From assembly GCA_963708025.1 (NCBI GenBank), contig CAVPSB010000020.1, forward strand, positions 38,275 through 102,274: 64,000 bases of DNA, given 5' to 3'. The notes beneath the pieces are model-generated. The model searched no databases and had not been told where the DNA came from. It worked only from the letters and a program-made list of their open reading frames with translations. This document shows positions 53,312-62,898 of the stretch, piece after piece. A program made the position numbers and the translations under genes. The DNA is from an uncultured Candidatus Rokubacteria bacterium (lineage in GTDB: Bacteria > Methylomirabilota > Methylomirabilia > Rokubacteriales > DASRDR01). Each line of letters opens with the position of its first letter. Positions within the stretch are counted from its first letter, which is position 1.

Positions 53312-53429
53312 ACGCTTTCTACGCGAGCTGTGGGTGGGCGCCGCGTTTACGTGCGACAGATCGCGGCCCTCCAGACGCGGTGGTGGGCTCGACGGTCAGA
53401 GCGACAGATGATCATGCAGCGTGACGGCG

Positions 53430-53851
53430 CCGACTGGATCAAGACCGGGGATATCGCCGTGCGCGACCGGGACGGCTATTATCGGTTCGTGGGTCGGAAC
53501 GACGATCTCATCAAGAGCGGCGGATACCGGATCGGCCGGCGGAGGTCGAAGAGTCCCTCCTCCAGTTCTCCGAGGTCGCCGAGGCCGCCGTCGTGGGTGT
53601 CCCCGTCCGACGCCGCCCGTGGCGAGATCGTCAAGGCGTTCGTGACGCTCGCGTCGGGGGTCGCCCCCTCGGAGGGGCTGGTGCGCCGGATACAGCAGCA
53701 CGTCCGCGAGAGCCTGGCCGCCTACAAGTATCCGCGCGTGGTCGAGTTCGTCGACGCGCTCCCCACGACCACGACCGGCAAGCTCGATCGCCGACCCCTC
53801 CGGGGGCAGGAGCAGGCGCGGCGGGGCGAGGGCGAGCGGCGTGGCCGATAA
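53430..53851 (+). pseudogene. C-terminal remnant of an acyl-CoA synthetase
   Basis: TGDIAVRDRDGYYRFVGRNDDLIKSGGYRIG...RGEIVKAFV...AYKYPR...LPTTTTGK. Confidence 0.8.
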
Positions 53852-54695
53852 CCGTCGCATCCCCCCGCTGGCGATAAGGGCCCGCGTGAGGGATGCCCTC
53901 CCGACGATCGGGCGACGCGCGTTCCTCGGCGCCCTGGTCACGTGGGCGCTCGCCCCGGCCCGGCGGGCGGCGGCCGCGGTCGAGGTGCGCAAGGCCAGCT
54001 ACGCCGTGCGGACCAGCCTCCTCTACGGCGTGCTGCGCTTCGAGGTCAACGGGGTGATCGACGAGGCGATCGACCGCCAGGCGGGCCGCTATGAGGTGCG
54101 CGTGGCCGGGAAGGGCGCCGAGATGACGTCGGAGATCGAGTCCAGGGGCGTGCTCCTCGACGGCCGCTGGGCCCCGCTCCGATTCCACGACCACTTCGTC
54201 GTCTACGGCCGGGAGTCGGATCTGGAGATCACCTATGACCACGCGCGCCGGGCCGCCGAGTACCACGGCCGGAGCGAGACGTTTCTCCTGCGGCGGCTCC
54301 GCTCCACCGACGACGTCGTGACCCTCCCGCCGGCGAGTCACGTGGACGACGTGATCAGCGCCGCGCTCAACTACGCCGACAACCGCTGGCCGGTGGGGCC
54401 CGACGGGACCCTCGTGACCCACGTCGTGCGGCGGCGCCGCACACCCGACGAGGGCGCGGACGACGTCGCCCGGGCCTACCGGGGTGAGGTCGTGCCGTTC
54501 GTCCTCAACCTGGTACCGGACCCCAACTCGGCGAGGCTCGAGGCGTCCTTCGACCTCACGGGGTTCACGTCGTGGGGGATCGAGAAAGAGCCGGCACGCA
54601 TCGTCTTCGGCCCCGATCGGCGGCCAGAGTCCGTCACGGCCTCGCTGATCCTCGGGACGTCGTTCTCCGTCCGGATCACGCCGAGGTCGCCGTAG
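53841..54695 (+). CDS. Tat-signal hypothetical protein
   Basis: GRRAFLG motif followed by a beta-rich domain. Confidence 0.7.
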   Translation: MADNRRIPPLAIRARVRDALPTIGRRAFLGALVTWALAPARRAAAAVEVRKASYAVRTSLLYGVLRFEVNGVIDEAIDRQAGRYEVRVAGKGAEMTSEIESRGVLLDGRWAPLRFHDHFVVYGRESDLEITYDHARRAAEYHGRSETFLLRRLRSTDDVVTLPPASHVDDVISAALNYADNRWPVGPDGTLVTHVVRRRRTPDEGADDVARAYRGEVVPFVLNLVPDPNSARLEASFDLTGFTSWGIEKEPARIVFGPDRRPESVTASLILGTSFSVRITPRSP

Positions 54696-55294
54696 CGCCG
54701 TTCCTCGACGCCGTCCCCGGCCGGGCTCCGCGTCGAGATCATCTCGGTCGGCCGGCGCCGGTCTATCGAGATCCGGGTCCGGGGGGCAACCACCGGTGCC
54801 CGGCCGACCTGGAGGTGCCGCGCGACCGAGGCGGGTCTGGCGTAGAATCCGGGAGGCCAGGCCTTCCGTCAGGTACTCGATCCGATCAGCGTCTCGGCGA
54901 GACGGGCCGAGCGCGCATGTGCGGCCAGCCGATCGGGCCGAACCAGGCCCCGCCGGCGACGGCTCCCGCGTTGATCAGGCCGAAGGCAGCCAGCGCCGCG
55001 CTCCGCGCGAGGAAGACGTGGGAGACGTGGCCGCCCCAGCGTAGCGCCAGCCGCGTGGGTTCGCGATGAGCGGCCAGAGGAGTCGCCCGGCTCCCTGCGA
55101 GTGACATCGATACCCTTTCGCTGCCGCCATCGACCGTCTGTCCCGGCCGAGGCCAACTGGAAGACGATCTCGCTTCGGTGTGACGCTCCTCGCGATCGCC
55201 CGGGCCGAGGCTGCCCGCCTTCGCCCGGCGTGCCTGCCACCAGAGCGGGGCTGGTGGGCGGTGACCCGGGTCCAGCTCCGGGGCAACCGGGGGC

Positions 55295-56032
55295 TCAGGA
55301 CGTGTCGAGATCGACCACCAGGTCCTCTTCGGCGATGACGACCTCACCGCCGAAGGTCTCGCGGGCCTGGCTGAGCGAGACGGCGCGATCGCTGCCCGGC
55401 CAGAAGTGGGTGAGCATCAGCCGCCGCGCGCCGGCCCGCGCAGCCCACTGGCCGGCTACCCGGGCGGTCATCAGGTACGGGGACACCGGCTCGCCCTGGT
55501 GGGTGGCCTCCATGACGTACAGGTCGGCGCCGTCGCCCAGCTCGGCCAGCGCGTCGGCGGGCCCGCTGTCGCCGGTGTACGCCAGGGCCACCCCGGGCGC
55601 CGTCAGCCGCACGCCGACGTTCGGCACGTGGTGGGGCAGCAGGCGGCCGTCCAGCCGGAACGGCCCAACGCGGTACGTCCCGGGCAGAGGTCGCACGTCG
55701 AACACCTGCCTCGGGTCCTCCGACGGCTCCAGGGCGCTGATGCGCTCCACCACTTCCGGCGGACAATAGAGCGGTATCCGTGCGGTGCCGCGGGCTCCGA
55801 AGTAGCGCACTCGGAACAGCGCCTGCAGGTCAACGCAGTGGTCGGGGTGCCCGTGGGTGACGACCACCGCGTCGACCGCGCCGTCCGGGCACCGGGCCAG
55901 CAGCCGCGGCAGCGTGGCGTACCCCAGGTCGAGCACGAGCCGGAAGCCGTCGTACTCGACCAGGAAGCCGCTGCAGGCCCGACCCGCCTCCGGCCACGCT
56001 CCGCAGCTACCGAGCACCGTCAGTCGCCGCAT
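55295..56032 (-). CDS. MBL-fold metallohydrolase (RNase Z-like)
   Basis: LTVLGS, THGHPDH, YTGDS, EAT, LTHFWP. Confidence 0.9.
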   Translation of the reverse strand: MRRLTVLGSCGAWPEAGRACSGFLVEYDGFRLVLDLGYATLPRLLARCPDGAVDAVVVTHGHPDHCVDLQALFRVRYFGARGTARIPLYCPPEVVERISALEPSEDPRQVFDVRPLPGTYRVGPFRLDGRLLPHHVPNVGVRLTAPGVALAYTGDSGPADALAELGDGADLYVMEATHQGEPVSPYLMTARVAGQWAARAGARRLMLTHFWPGSDRAVSLSQARETFGGEVVIAEEDLVVDLDTS

Positions 56033-56313
56033 GGCCAGATTGTCCACGAGCCAGGCGCGCAGGGTCAATCACCCGACGTGATTGGGATTCTCGGATTGGC
56101 CTATAATGCCGGCGGCCCAGTCCGTTCCCGACACTGATCTGCGGCCTGGAGGCCCTGGCATGTAGTGTCCGGATCTACGGTCGTGATCTCGCGTCCCGAC
56201 CCCGCGGGGACGACGTCGGCCACGCCGGCTGGGCGGGGGCGGCGCGACGGGAATGTCGGCCCCGTCACGACCGCCGGCAGCGCCGGGCGGGTCAACACGG
56301 AGGAGAGCCCACG

Positions 56314-57252
56314 ATGAGCACCACGAGCCTCGGGACCAGCGCGGTGTTCGCGCCGGCGGACGACGTCCCCATCCCGTACATGCAGCGGACCCGCGACTAC
56401 TACGTCGCGCTCGGCTACGGCAACCCGTATCGCTGGGCCCACTTCGTCGAGGTCCCGTTCACGCCGCTGGGGGCGCCGCTCGGCTGGACGCGGGTGGCCC
56501 TGATCACGACCGCCGCCCCGTACCAGCCGGGGGCCGGCGACCAGGGGCCGGGAGCACCGTACAACGCGGCCGCCAAGTTCTACCAGGTCTACTCGGCCCC
56601 CACCGAGAGCGTGCCCGACCTGCGCATCTCGCACGTCGGGTACGACCGCGTGCACACGTCGGCGGCGGACATCCACACCTATTTCCCGCTGGCGCGCCTG
56701 AAGGACGCGGTGGCCGCCGGACGGATCGGGGCGCTGGCGCCGCGCTTCCACGGACTGCCGACGAACCGCAGCCACCGGGCGACGACGGAGGCCGACGTCC
56801 CCGAGCTCCTGCGGCGCTGCCGGGAGGACGGAGTCGAGGCCGCGGTGCTCGTCCCCACCTGACCCGTGTGCCACCAGACCGTGAGTCTGGCCGCGCGGCA
56901 CCTCGAGGCGCACGGGATCCCGACCGTGATCATGGGCTGCGCGAAGGACATCGTCGAGCACTGCGGCGTGCCGCGCTTCCTGTTCAGCGATTTCCCGCTC
57001 GGCAACTCGGCGGGGCGGCCATTCGACGCCGAGTCCCAGGCGCAGACTCTCGATCTGGCCCTGCGGCTCCTGGAGAGCGCCCCCGCGGCGCGTACCACCG
57101 TGCAGTCGCCGCTCCGGTGGAGTGGGGAGCCGTCGTGGAAGCGCGACTACCTCGACCTCACGAAGCTCTCGCCGGAGACGATCGCGGAGCGGCGGAAGGA
57201 GTTCGACGAGGTGAAGGCCGTCGCGCGGACCAAGCGCGAGGCGTCGTCGTGA
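56314..57252 (+). CDS. GrdB/PrdB-like reductase component B, putative selenoprotein (Sec at 56860-56862)
   Basis: ORFs 56314 and 56866 are in one frame: AAVLVPT-TGA-PVCHQTVSLAARHLEAHGIPTV...PRFLFSDFPLG = UxxC motif. Confidence 0.88.
56864..56898 (+). promoter_or_regulatory. SECIS-like hairpin
   Basis: Lower stem CCGUGUG/CGCGCGG; upper stem CCAGAC/GUCUGG; loop CGUGA 17 nt after UGA. Confidence 0.75.
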
Positions 57253-58439
57253 AGCCGTTCGCGGGTGTCCGCATCCTCGACTTCACCCGCTACCTGGCGG
57301 GGCCGTACGGGACTTACCAGCTGGCGCTGATGGGCGCGGACGTCGTGAAGATCGAGACGCGGGAGGGCGACGAGACGCGGTCGCTGCTCGTCAACAAGGC
57401 GTGGGCCGAGCGGAAGATGGCGCCCTCCTTCCTGGCCGTGAACGGCAACAAGCGCAGCATCACGCTCGACCTCCGGCGGCCGGCGGCGGTGGAGGTCGTC
57501 AAGCGGCTGGTGGTCGGGGTCAACGTCGTGTGGGAGAACTTCCGGCCGGGCGTCATGGACCGCCTCGGGCTCGGCTACGAGGCGCTCTCCGCCCTCAACC
57601 CGCGCCTCATCTACTGCGCGGTCTCGGGCTTCGGCCAGACGGGGCCCGAGCGGACGACGGCCGCCTTCGACGGCAAGCTGCAGGCGATGTCGGGGCTCAT
57701 GTCGATCACCGGCGAGCCCGCCGGCGGCCCGATGCGGGCGGGGTTCGCGCTGTGCGACACGATCGGCGGCGTGACGGCGGCGCTGGCCGTCGCCAGCGCG
57801 CTCTACCAGCGGACGCACACCGGGCGCGGGCAGTTCGTGGACGTCGCGATGCTCGACGCCGCGCTCGCCTTCATCCCCGGCCCCGTCTCCGAGTACACCG
57901 TGGCGGGCATCGCGCCGCGCCAGATCGGGAACGGCTCGGTGAGCCGGAAGCCGACCGCGCACCGGTTCCGGGCGCGCGACGGCTACATCGTACTGGCGGT
58001 GCTCACCGAGAAGCAGTTCGGGAGCCTCATGCGCACGCTCGGGCGCGCCGACGCGCTGGACGATCCGCGGTTCAAGGACTGGCCCGCCCGCACCGAGAAC
58101 GTGGCGGCGCTGCGCGAGATCATCGAGACCGCGCTGGCGACCGATGACGCGAGGGGCTGGGAGGCGCGGCTGACGGCCGCCGACGTGCCCTGCGGCTCCA
58201 TCTGGACGATCGACGAGATCGTCCACCATCCGCAGCTGGAGCACCGCGACGTGATCCAGACGGTCGACACCCGCTACGGGCCGATGCGGCTCGTCGGCGC
58301 CGGGTTCCGGCTCGCGCACGGCAGCCCCAGCCTCGACCGGGAGCCGCCCACGCTCGGCGAGCACACCGACGAGATCCTGAAGGAGGCCGGCTACGCGGCG
58401 GAGGAGATCGAGCAGCTACGGCGCGATACCGTCATCTGA
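57249..58439 (+). CDS. Class III CoA-transferase (CaiB/BaiF)
   Basis: RILDFTRYLAGPY, NKRSITLDL, ENFRPG, SGFGQTGP; GTGA overlap with the upstream gene. Confidence 0.95.
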   Translation: MKPFAGVRILDFTRYLAGPYGTYQLALMGADVVKIETREGDETRSLLVNKAWAERKMAPSFLAVNGNKRSITLDLRRPAAVEVVKRLVVGVNVVWENFRPGVMDRLGLGYEALSALNPRLIYCAVSGFGQTGPERTTAAFDGKLQAMSGLMSITGEPAGGPMRAGFALCDTIGGVTAALAVASALYQRTHTGRGQFVDVAMLDAALAFIPGPVSEYTVAGIAPRQIGNGSVSRKPTAHRFRARDGYIVLAVLTEKQFGSLMRTLGRADALDDPRFKDWPARTENVAALREIIETALATDDARGWEARLTAADVPCGSIWTIDEIVHHPQLEHRDVIQTVDTRYGPMRLVGAGFRLAHGSPSLDREPPTLGEHTDEILKEAGYAAEEIEQLRRDTVI

Positions 58440-58440
58440 G

Positions 58441-58532
58441 GAGCGTGTGAAGGAATGGGATCCTCCGGCCCCCCCCCGGCCACAGGCCGAAGGCCGTCGA
58501 ACGGATCGGGTGGGCGGGAGGTCCCGAACTGA
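58441..58532 (+). repeat. ~95-bp intergenic repeat, copy 1
   Basis: GCGTGTGAAGGAATGG...CAGGCCGAAGGCCGTC...GGCGGGAGGTCCCGAACTGA. Confidence 0.85.
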
Positions 58533-58533
58533 A

Positions 58534-59469
58534 TCAGCGCCTCGACCGCTCCCACGCCATCAGCGCCTGCGCCAGGATCGCCAGGACGATCAGCGCCCCG
58601 CCGGTGAGCGTGGCCGCATTCGGCGCCTCGCCCACCCCGATCCAGACCCAGAGAGGGGACAGGACCAGCTCGGCGGTGGTGACGAGCTGCAGCTCGGCCG
58701 CCGGGAGGTGGCGCGAGGCGCGGGTGTAGAGGACCAGACCGCCGCCGAGCTGGACCACACCCATCGCGAGGCCCAGCAGGAGATCCCGGGGCGGGACGCG
58801 CGGCGATACGCCCCCGAGGCTCAGCGCGGCCAGGCCGACGAGCGCGCCGAAGAGCCCGGCGTGGAGCACTGCCGGCAGCATGTCACTCTGCCGGTTGGAT
58901 CGGAGCAGGAGGCTATGGGCGGCAAAGCTCATGGCCGAGCCGAGAGCGAGGAGGTTCCCGGCGAGCTGACCGAGGGCCAGGCCCCCTCCCAGCATCACGG
59001 CGACTCCGGTCGCCGCCAGCGCCATGGCGCCCCAGGCTCCGCGGGAGACGCGCTCCCCCAGAATCGCCTGGGCGCCGATCGCGACGAGGAAGGGGGTGAT
59101 GCCGCCCATGAAGAGGGCGTTCGCCACCGTGACGCGGGCGAGCGCCAGGATGAACAGGGCCGAGGACGCGCTCGAGAAGGCGCCGGCCAGGACGGCCGGC
59201 CAGCCGGCGAGCCTGATCGCCCGGGCGACCCGCCCGCGGTGGGTGACCGCGATCATTCCCCCCAGCATCGCGATGACCCCGAGCGAGCGATAGAGGATGA
59301 TGTGCCAGCTCGTCGCCTCCTGGATCAGACGGACCAGGATGCCGGCCAGGCTCCAGCAGAACGTCGCGCCGAGGGCGAGCGCCAGGCCCCAACCCCGGCT
59401 CGACTGAGCGGTCGGCCCCGGCCCGACGCCGCCCGAGCGAGGGGCGGCCTGCCCGCGCAGCTCAGCCAT
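58534..59469 (-). CDS. DMT/EamA-family transporter
   Basis: About 10 TM helices; ILGERVS, ELVLSPLWVWIGVGE. Confidence 0.9.
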   Translation of the reverse strand: MAELRGQAAPRSGGVGPGPTAQSSRGWGLALALGATFCWSLAGILVRLIQEATSWHIILYRSLGVIAMLGGMIAVTHRGRVARAIRLAGWPAVLAGAFSSASSALFILALARVTVANALFMGGITPFLVAIGAQAILGERVSRGAWGAMALAATGVAVMLGGGLALGQLAGNLLALGSAMSFAAHSLLLRSNRQSDMLPAVLHAGLFGALVGLAALSLGGVSPRVPPRDLLLGLAMGVVQLGGGLVLYTRASRHLPAAELQLVTTAELVLSPLWVWIGVGEAPNAATLTGGALIVLAILAQALMAWERSRR

Positions 59470-59586
59470 CGTGACCCCGGGGAGACGCGGGACCGGGCGG
59501 GGAATTCGAGCCGGACGCTGTCGTGCGCACCGGGGCCGAGTGTAGCGCAGACGCCTGTCCCGATGCGGCCGCCGAGGGTGCTTCGC

Positions 59587-59922
59587 TCAGGCTCGGCCGA
59601 GCATCTCCGTGATGGCCCGGGCGAGCTCCCGCGCATAAGCGGCCGTCGGGGTCGAGATCGGGGTCGAAGATCGTGAACTGGACGCCCGTCAGGAGTACTC
59701 GCGGATCGCTCCGGCGTTCCGGACCCGCACGACAGGGTCGAGCGCCGGGGAGTAGGGCGGTGCCGGCACCTCTCCGGCGTCCTCGGCTCCCAGGCCCGCC
59801 AGCAAGCCGATTGCCCGTAGCGAGGCGGCCATCCGGCGCACCCCGGGCTCCTGGCCCTCCCGGGGCGGCCGGAGCCCCAGGTTCGACGGCGCGTCCAGCA
59901 CCACCAGCCGCCTACGTCTCAT
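59587..59922 (-). pseudogene. Arginase-family gene with large internal deletion
   Basis: VVLDAPSNLGLRPP..EPGV...NAGAIREYS joined to GVQFTIFDPDLDPDG...; metal-binding core absent. Confidence 0.75.
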
Positions 59923-60117
59923 CGTTGGTGAGACCCCGCGCGACCGGCGGCGTGAAAGGGCGCGACTCCGGGCTGATCGTCGCCGCCGACCCCGGCCTCC
60001 ACCGGGGCCTCGTCGCGGCATTCCGGCGCGCATCGCGACCGGCCCGCGACCGGCCCGTTGACGCTCCGGCGCCACCGGGCGTAGCATCGCCTGGCCCGAG
60101 CGGACAGGACCTGCGCC

Positions 60118-60615
60118 ATGGATCTCATTCAGGAGCTCGTGGACGTCGTCGACGAGGACGACCGCGTGGTGGCGACCGTCACGCGCCGGGAGCTGCGCGC
60201 GCGCCACCTGCTGCATCGCTGCACGTACGTCCTCGTGCGCAACGCGGCCGGCGAGGTGCTGGTCCATCGTCGGACGGACACCAAGGACGTCCATCCCGGC
60301 GCCTACGACGTCTTCGCGGGCGGGGTCTGTGCCGCGGGCGAATCCTACGACGACTGCGCCCGGCGGGAGGTCGCCGAGGAGCTCGGCGTGATCGGGGCTG
60401 ACCTCCGGTTCCTGTTCCGGCACCGGTACCGGGGGCCGCACGGCCAGGCGTGGGGCGCCGTCTACGAGGTGCGATGGGACGGGCCGGTGCGCCACCAGGA
60501 GAGCGAGGTGGCCTGGAGCGCGTGGGTCGGGCCCGAGGGGCTCCAGCGGATGCTCGACGAGCTGGACTTCTGCCCGGACTCGCGCGAGGTGTTCGAGCGC
60601 TTGCGCGCCGGCTGA
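60118..60615 (+). CDS. NUDIX hydrolase (YfcD/Idi-like)
   Basis: ELVDVVDEDD, HRCTYV, GGVCAAGESYDDCARREVAEELG. Confidence 0.92.
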   Translation: MDLIQELVDVVDEDDRVVATVTRRELRARHLLHRCTYVLVRNAAGEVLVHRRTDTKDVHPGAYDVFAGGVCAAGESYDDCARREVAEELGVIGADLRFLFRHRYRGPHGQAWGAVYEVRWDGPVRHQESEVAWSAWVGPEGLQRMLDELDFCPDSREVFERLRAG

Positions 60616-60812
60616 GGGCGTGTGAAGGAATGGTTCGCTCGCCCCCCCTCCCCCGCCCCAGGCCGAAGGCCGTCCAACGGTCGGGGGAGGGGGTTGGGGG
60701 GGCGGGAGGTCTCGAACTGAGAGCCTGTGAGGGAATGGGTCGTCCGGCTCCCCCCTCCCCCCGGTGGGTGGGGGAGGGGGGTTGGGGGGGTGGGCGGGAG
60801 GTCCCGAACTGA
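60616..60812 (+). repeat. ~95-bp intergenic repeat, copies 2 and 3 in tandem (60616-60720, 60721-60812)
   Basis: Both start G(G/A)GC(G/C)TGTGA(A/G)GGAATGG and end GGCGGGAGGTC(T/C)CGAACTGA; internal C-runs and G-runs. Confidence 0.85.
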
Positions 60813-60873
60813 GTCGGACGGGACCCGCGTCGTGGGGATGCGGGGCTCGTCGTCACACCAGGAGGAATGCAGC

Positions 60874-61701
60874 ATGCTCCGGTTGCAGGGCCAGGTTGCG
60901 GTCGTCACCGGCGGGGCCAAGGGCATCGGGGGAGCGACCGCCCGCCGCCTGGCCGAGGAGGGCGCGACGGTTCTCATCGCCGATGTCAACATGGAGGCCG
61001 CCGACGGGAACGCCGCGAGGATCCGGGAGGCGGGCGGCGCCGTGGAGACGCTCCGGACCGACGTCACCGTCCCTCGCGACCTCGAGCGCATGGTCGAGCG
61101 CGCGGTCCTCTACTGGGGCCGGCTCGACATCCTGGTCAACAACGCGGTGGCGCCGTACGAGCAGGGCGGCGCCGAGCAGGTGAGCGAGGAAGGCTGGGAC
61201 GCCGGCATGGCCCTGCTGGTCAAGTCGATGTTCCTGGCCGTCAAGTACGCGGTGCCGGAGCTGCGCCGGACCGGCGGCGGCTCGATCGTCAACGTCTCGT
61301 CGGTGCACGGCCTGCTCCAGGCGCCGGGCCGCCTGGTGTACGAGGTCGGCAAGACGGCGGTGATCGGCCTGACGCGCCAGCTGGCGACCGAGTACGGGCC
61401 CGACGGGATCCGGGTGAACGCGATCTGCCCAGGCCACATCCTGACCGAGCGGCTGCAGGCTCGCTGGGAAGGGAACCCGGACGGGCTCCGCTTCTTCGAG
61501 CGTCAGTACCCGCTGCGCCGCTGCGGGACGCCCCTCGACGTCGCGAACGCGATCACCTTTCTGTGCTCGGACCAGGCCGCGTTCATCACCGGTCACGCGC
61601 TGGTGGTGGACGGTGGCCTGACCGTCCAGCTCCAGGAGGACCTGGGGGTCGCGCTCGGCCGCTACATCCAGGCGCATCCCGACACCCGGTTCCCGTACTG
61701 A
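60874..61701 (+). CDS. SDR-family oxidoreductase
   Basis: TGGAKGIG, NNA, YEVGK (YxxxK), RVNAICPG. Confidence 0.93.
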   Translation: MLRLQGQVAVVTGGAKGIGGATARRLAEEGATVLIADVNMEAADGNAARIREAGGAVETLRTDVTVPRDLERMVERAVLYWGRLDILVNNAVAPYEQGGAEQVSEEGWDAGMALLVKSMFLAVKYAVPELRRTGGGSIVNVSSVHGLLQAPGRLVYEVGKTAVIGLTRQLATEYGPDGIRVNAICPGHILTERLQARWEGNPDGLRFFERQYPLRRCGTPLDVANAITFLCSDQAAFITGHALVVDGGLTVQLQEDLGVALGRYIQAHPDTRFPY

Positions 61702-61715
61702 GATTGTCGGAGGGG

Positions 61716-62882
61716 TTAGATCACCTTGTCCTGCCGGAGACGCGCGATCTCCTCGCGGGTGAGGCCGAGCTCGCCCAGGATCTCGTCGGTGTGCTGGCCG
61801 TGCGTGGGGGCCGCCGTCCGGACGGCGCCCGGCGTCCGCGAGAGCACGGCCGGTGGCGCCTGCACCTTCATCTCGCCGCGCACCGGGTGCGTCACCGGCT
61901 GGGCCAGCCCGAGGTGCTGGACCTGCTCGTTCTCGAACACCTCCTTGACGTTCAGGATCGGGCCGGCCGGGACGCCGGCGCGGTTCAGGATCGCGATCCA
62001 GTCGGCGCTCGACCGGCCGGCCAGGATCCGGTCCAGCTCGGCGTTGAGCTGCTTGCGCTGGCGCGAGCGGTCGGCCAGCGTCTTGAACCGCGGGTCATCG
62101 ATCAGCTCGGGGGCGCCGATGGCCGTGCACAGCCGGCGGTACATCTCCTGGCTCGACGCCGCGACGTTGATGTGCCCGTCAGCGGTCGTGAACACGCCGG
62201 TGGGAATCCCGGTCGGGTGGTCGTTGCCCGCCTGGGGCGGGATCTCGCCGTCGATGAGCCAGCGGGCCGCCTGGAAGTCGAGCATGGTGACCATGGCCTG
62301 CAGCAGCGACGTGTGGACCCACTGCCCTCGCCCCGACGTCTCGCGCTCGAGGAGCGCCACCAGAATGCCCTGGGCCAGGAAGAGACCGGCCGTGAGGTCG
62401 GCGACCGGGATGCCCACGCGGACCGGTCCCTGCCCGGGGAGACCGGTGATGGACATGAGGCCCCCCATCCCCTGGGCGATCTGGTCGTAGCCGGGCCGGT
62501 CGCGGTAGGGTCCCGTCTGGCCGAAGCCGGAGATGGACCCGTAGACCAGGCGCGGGTTGGTCCGGCTCAGCGTCTCGTAGTCGATGCCCAGCCGGTGCTT
62601 CACGTCGGGCCGGTAGTTCTCGACCAGGACGTCGGCGGCCGCCACCAGCCGCAGGAGGATCTCGCGGCCCCGCGGCTGCTTGAGGTCGAGGGTCATCGCG
62701 CGCTTGTTCCGGTGGAGGTTCAGGAAATCGAAGCCGAGCGGCGTCGCGACGCCGTCCAGGTCCTCGCGCGCCTCCACCTTGATGACGGCGGCGCCCATGT
62801 CGGCGAGCTGGCGGACCGCGGTGGGGCCCGCGCGCGCCCGGGTCAGATCGATCACGCGGATCTTCTCGAGTGGAAGCGGCAT
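61716..62882 (-). CDS. Class III CoA-transferase (CaiB/BaiF)
   Basis: VIDLTRARAGP, NKRAMTLDL, ENYRP, GYDQIAQG. Confidence 0.95.
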   Translation of the reverse strand: MPLPLEKIRVIDLTRARAGPTAVRQLADMGAAVIKVEAREDLDGVATPLGFDFLNLHRNKRAMTLDLKQPRGREILLRLVAAADVLVENYRPDVKHRLGIDYETLSRTNPRLVYGSISGFGQTGPYRDRPGYDQIAQGMGGLMSITGLPGQGPVRVGIPVADLTAGLFLAQGILVALLERETSGRGQWVHTSLLQAMVTMLDFQAARWLIDGEIPPQAGNDHPTGIPTGVFTTADGHINVAASSQEMYRRLCTAIGAPELIDDPRFKTLADRSRQRKQLNAELDRILAGRSSADWIAILNRAGVPAGPILNVKEVFENEQVQHLGLAQPVTHPVRGEMKVQAPPAVLSRTPGAVRTAAPTHGQHTDEILGELGLTREEIARLRQDKVI

Positions 62883-62898
62883 CGGCGGGTCTCCCCCG

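Noticed and set aside
59689-59691. TGA in the arginase fragment as selenocysteine
   Set aside because: Not at a Cys position, and homology resumes in another frame after a deletion
58441-60812. ~95-bp repeats as a mini-CRISPR
   Set aside because: Copies are dispersed, variable parts are related C/G-run hairpins rather than unique spacers, and there are no cas genes
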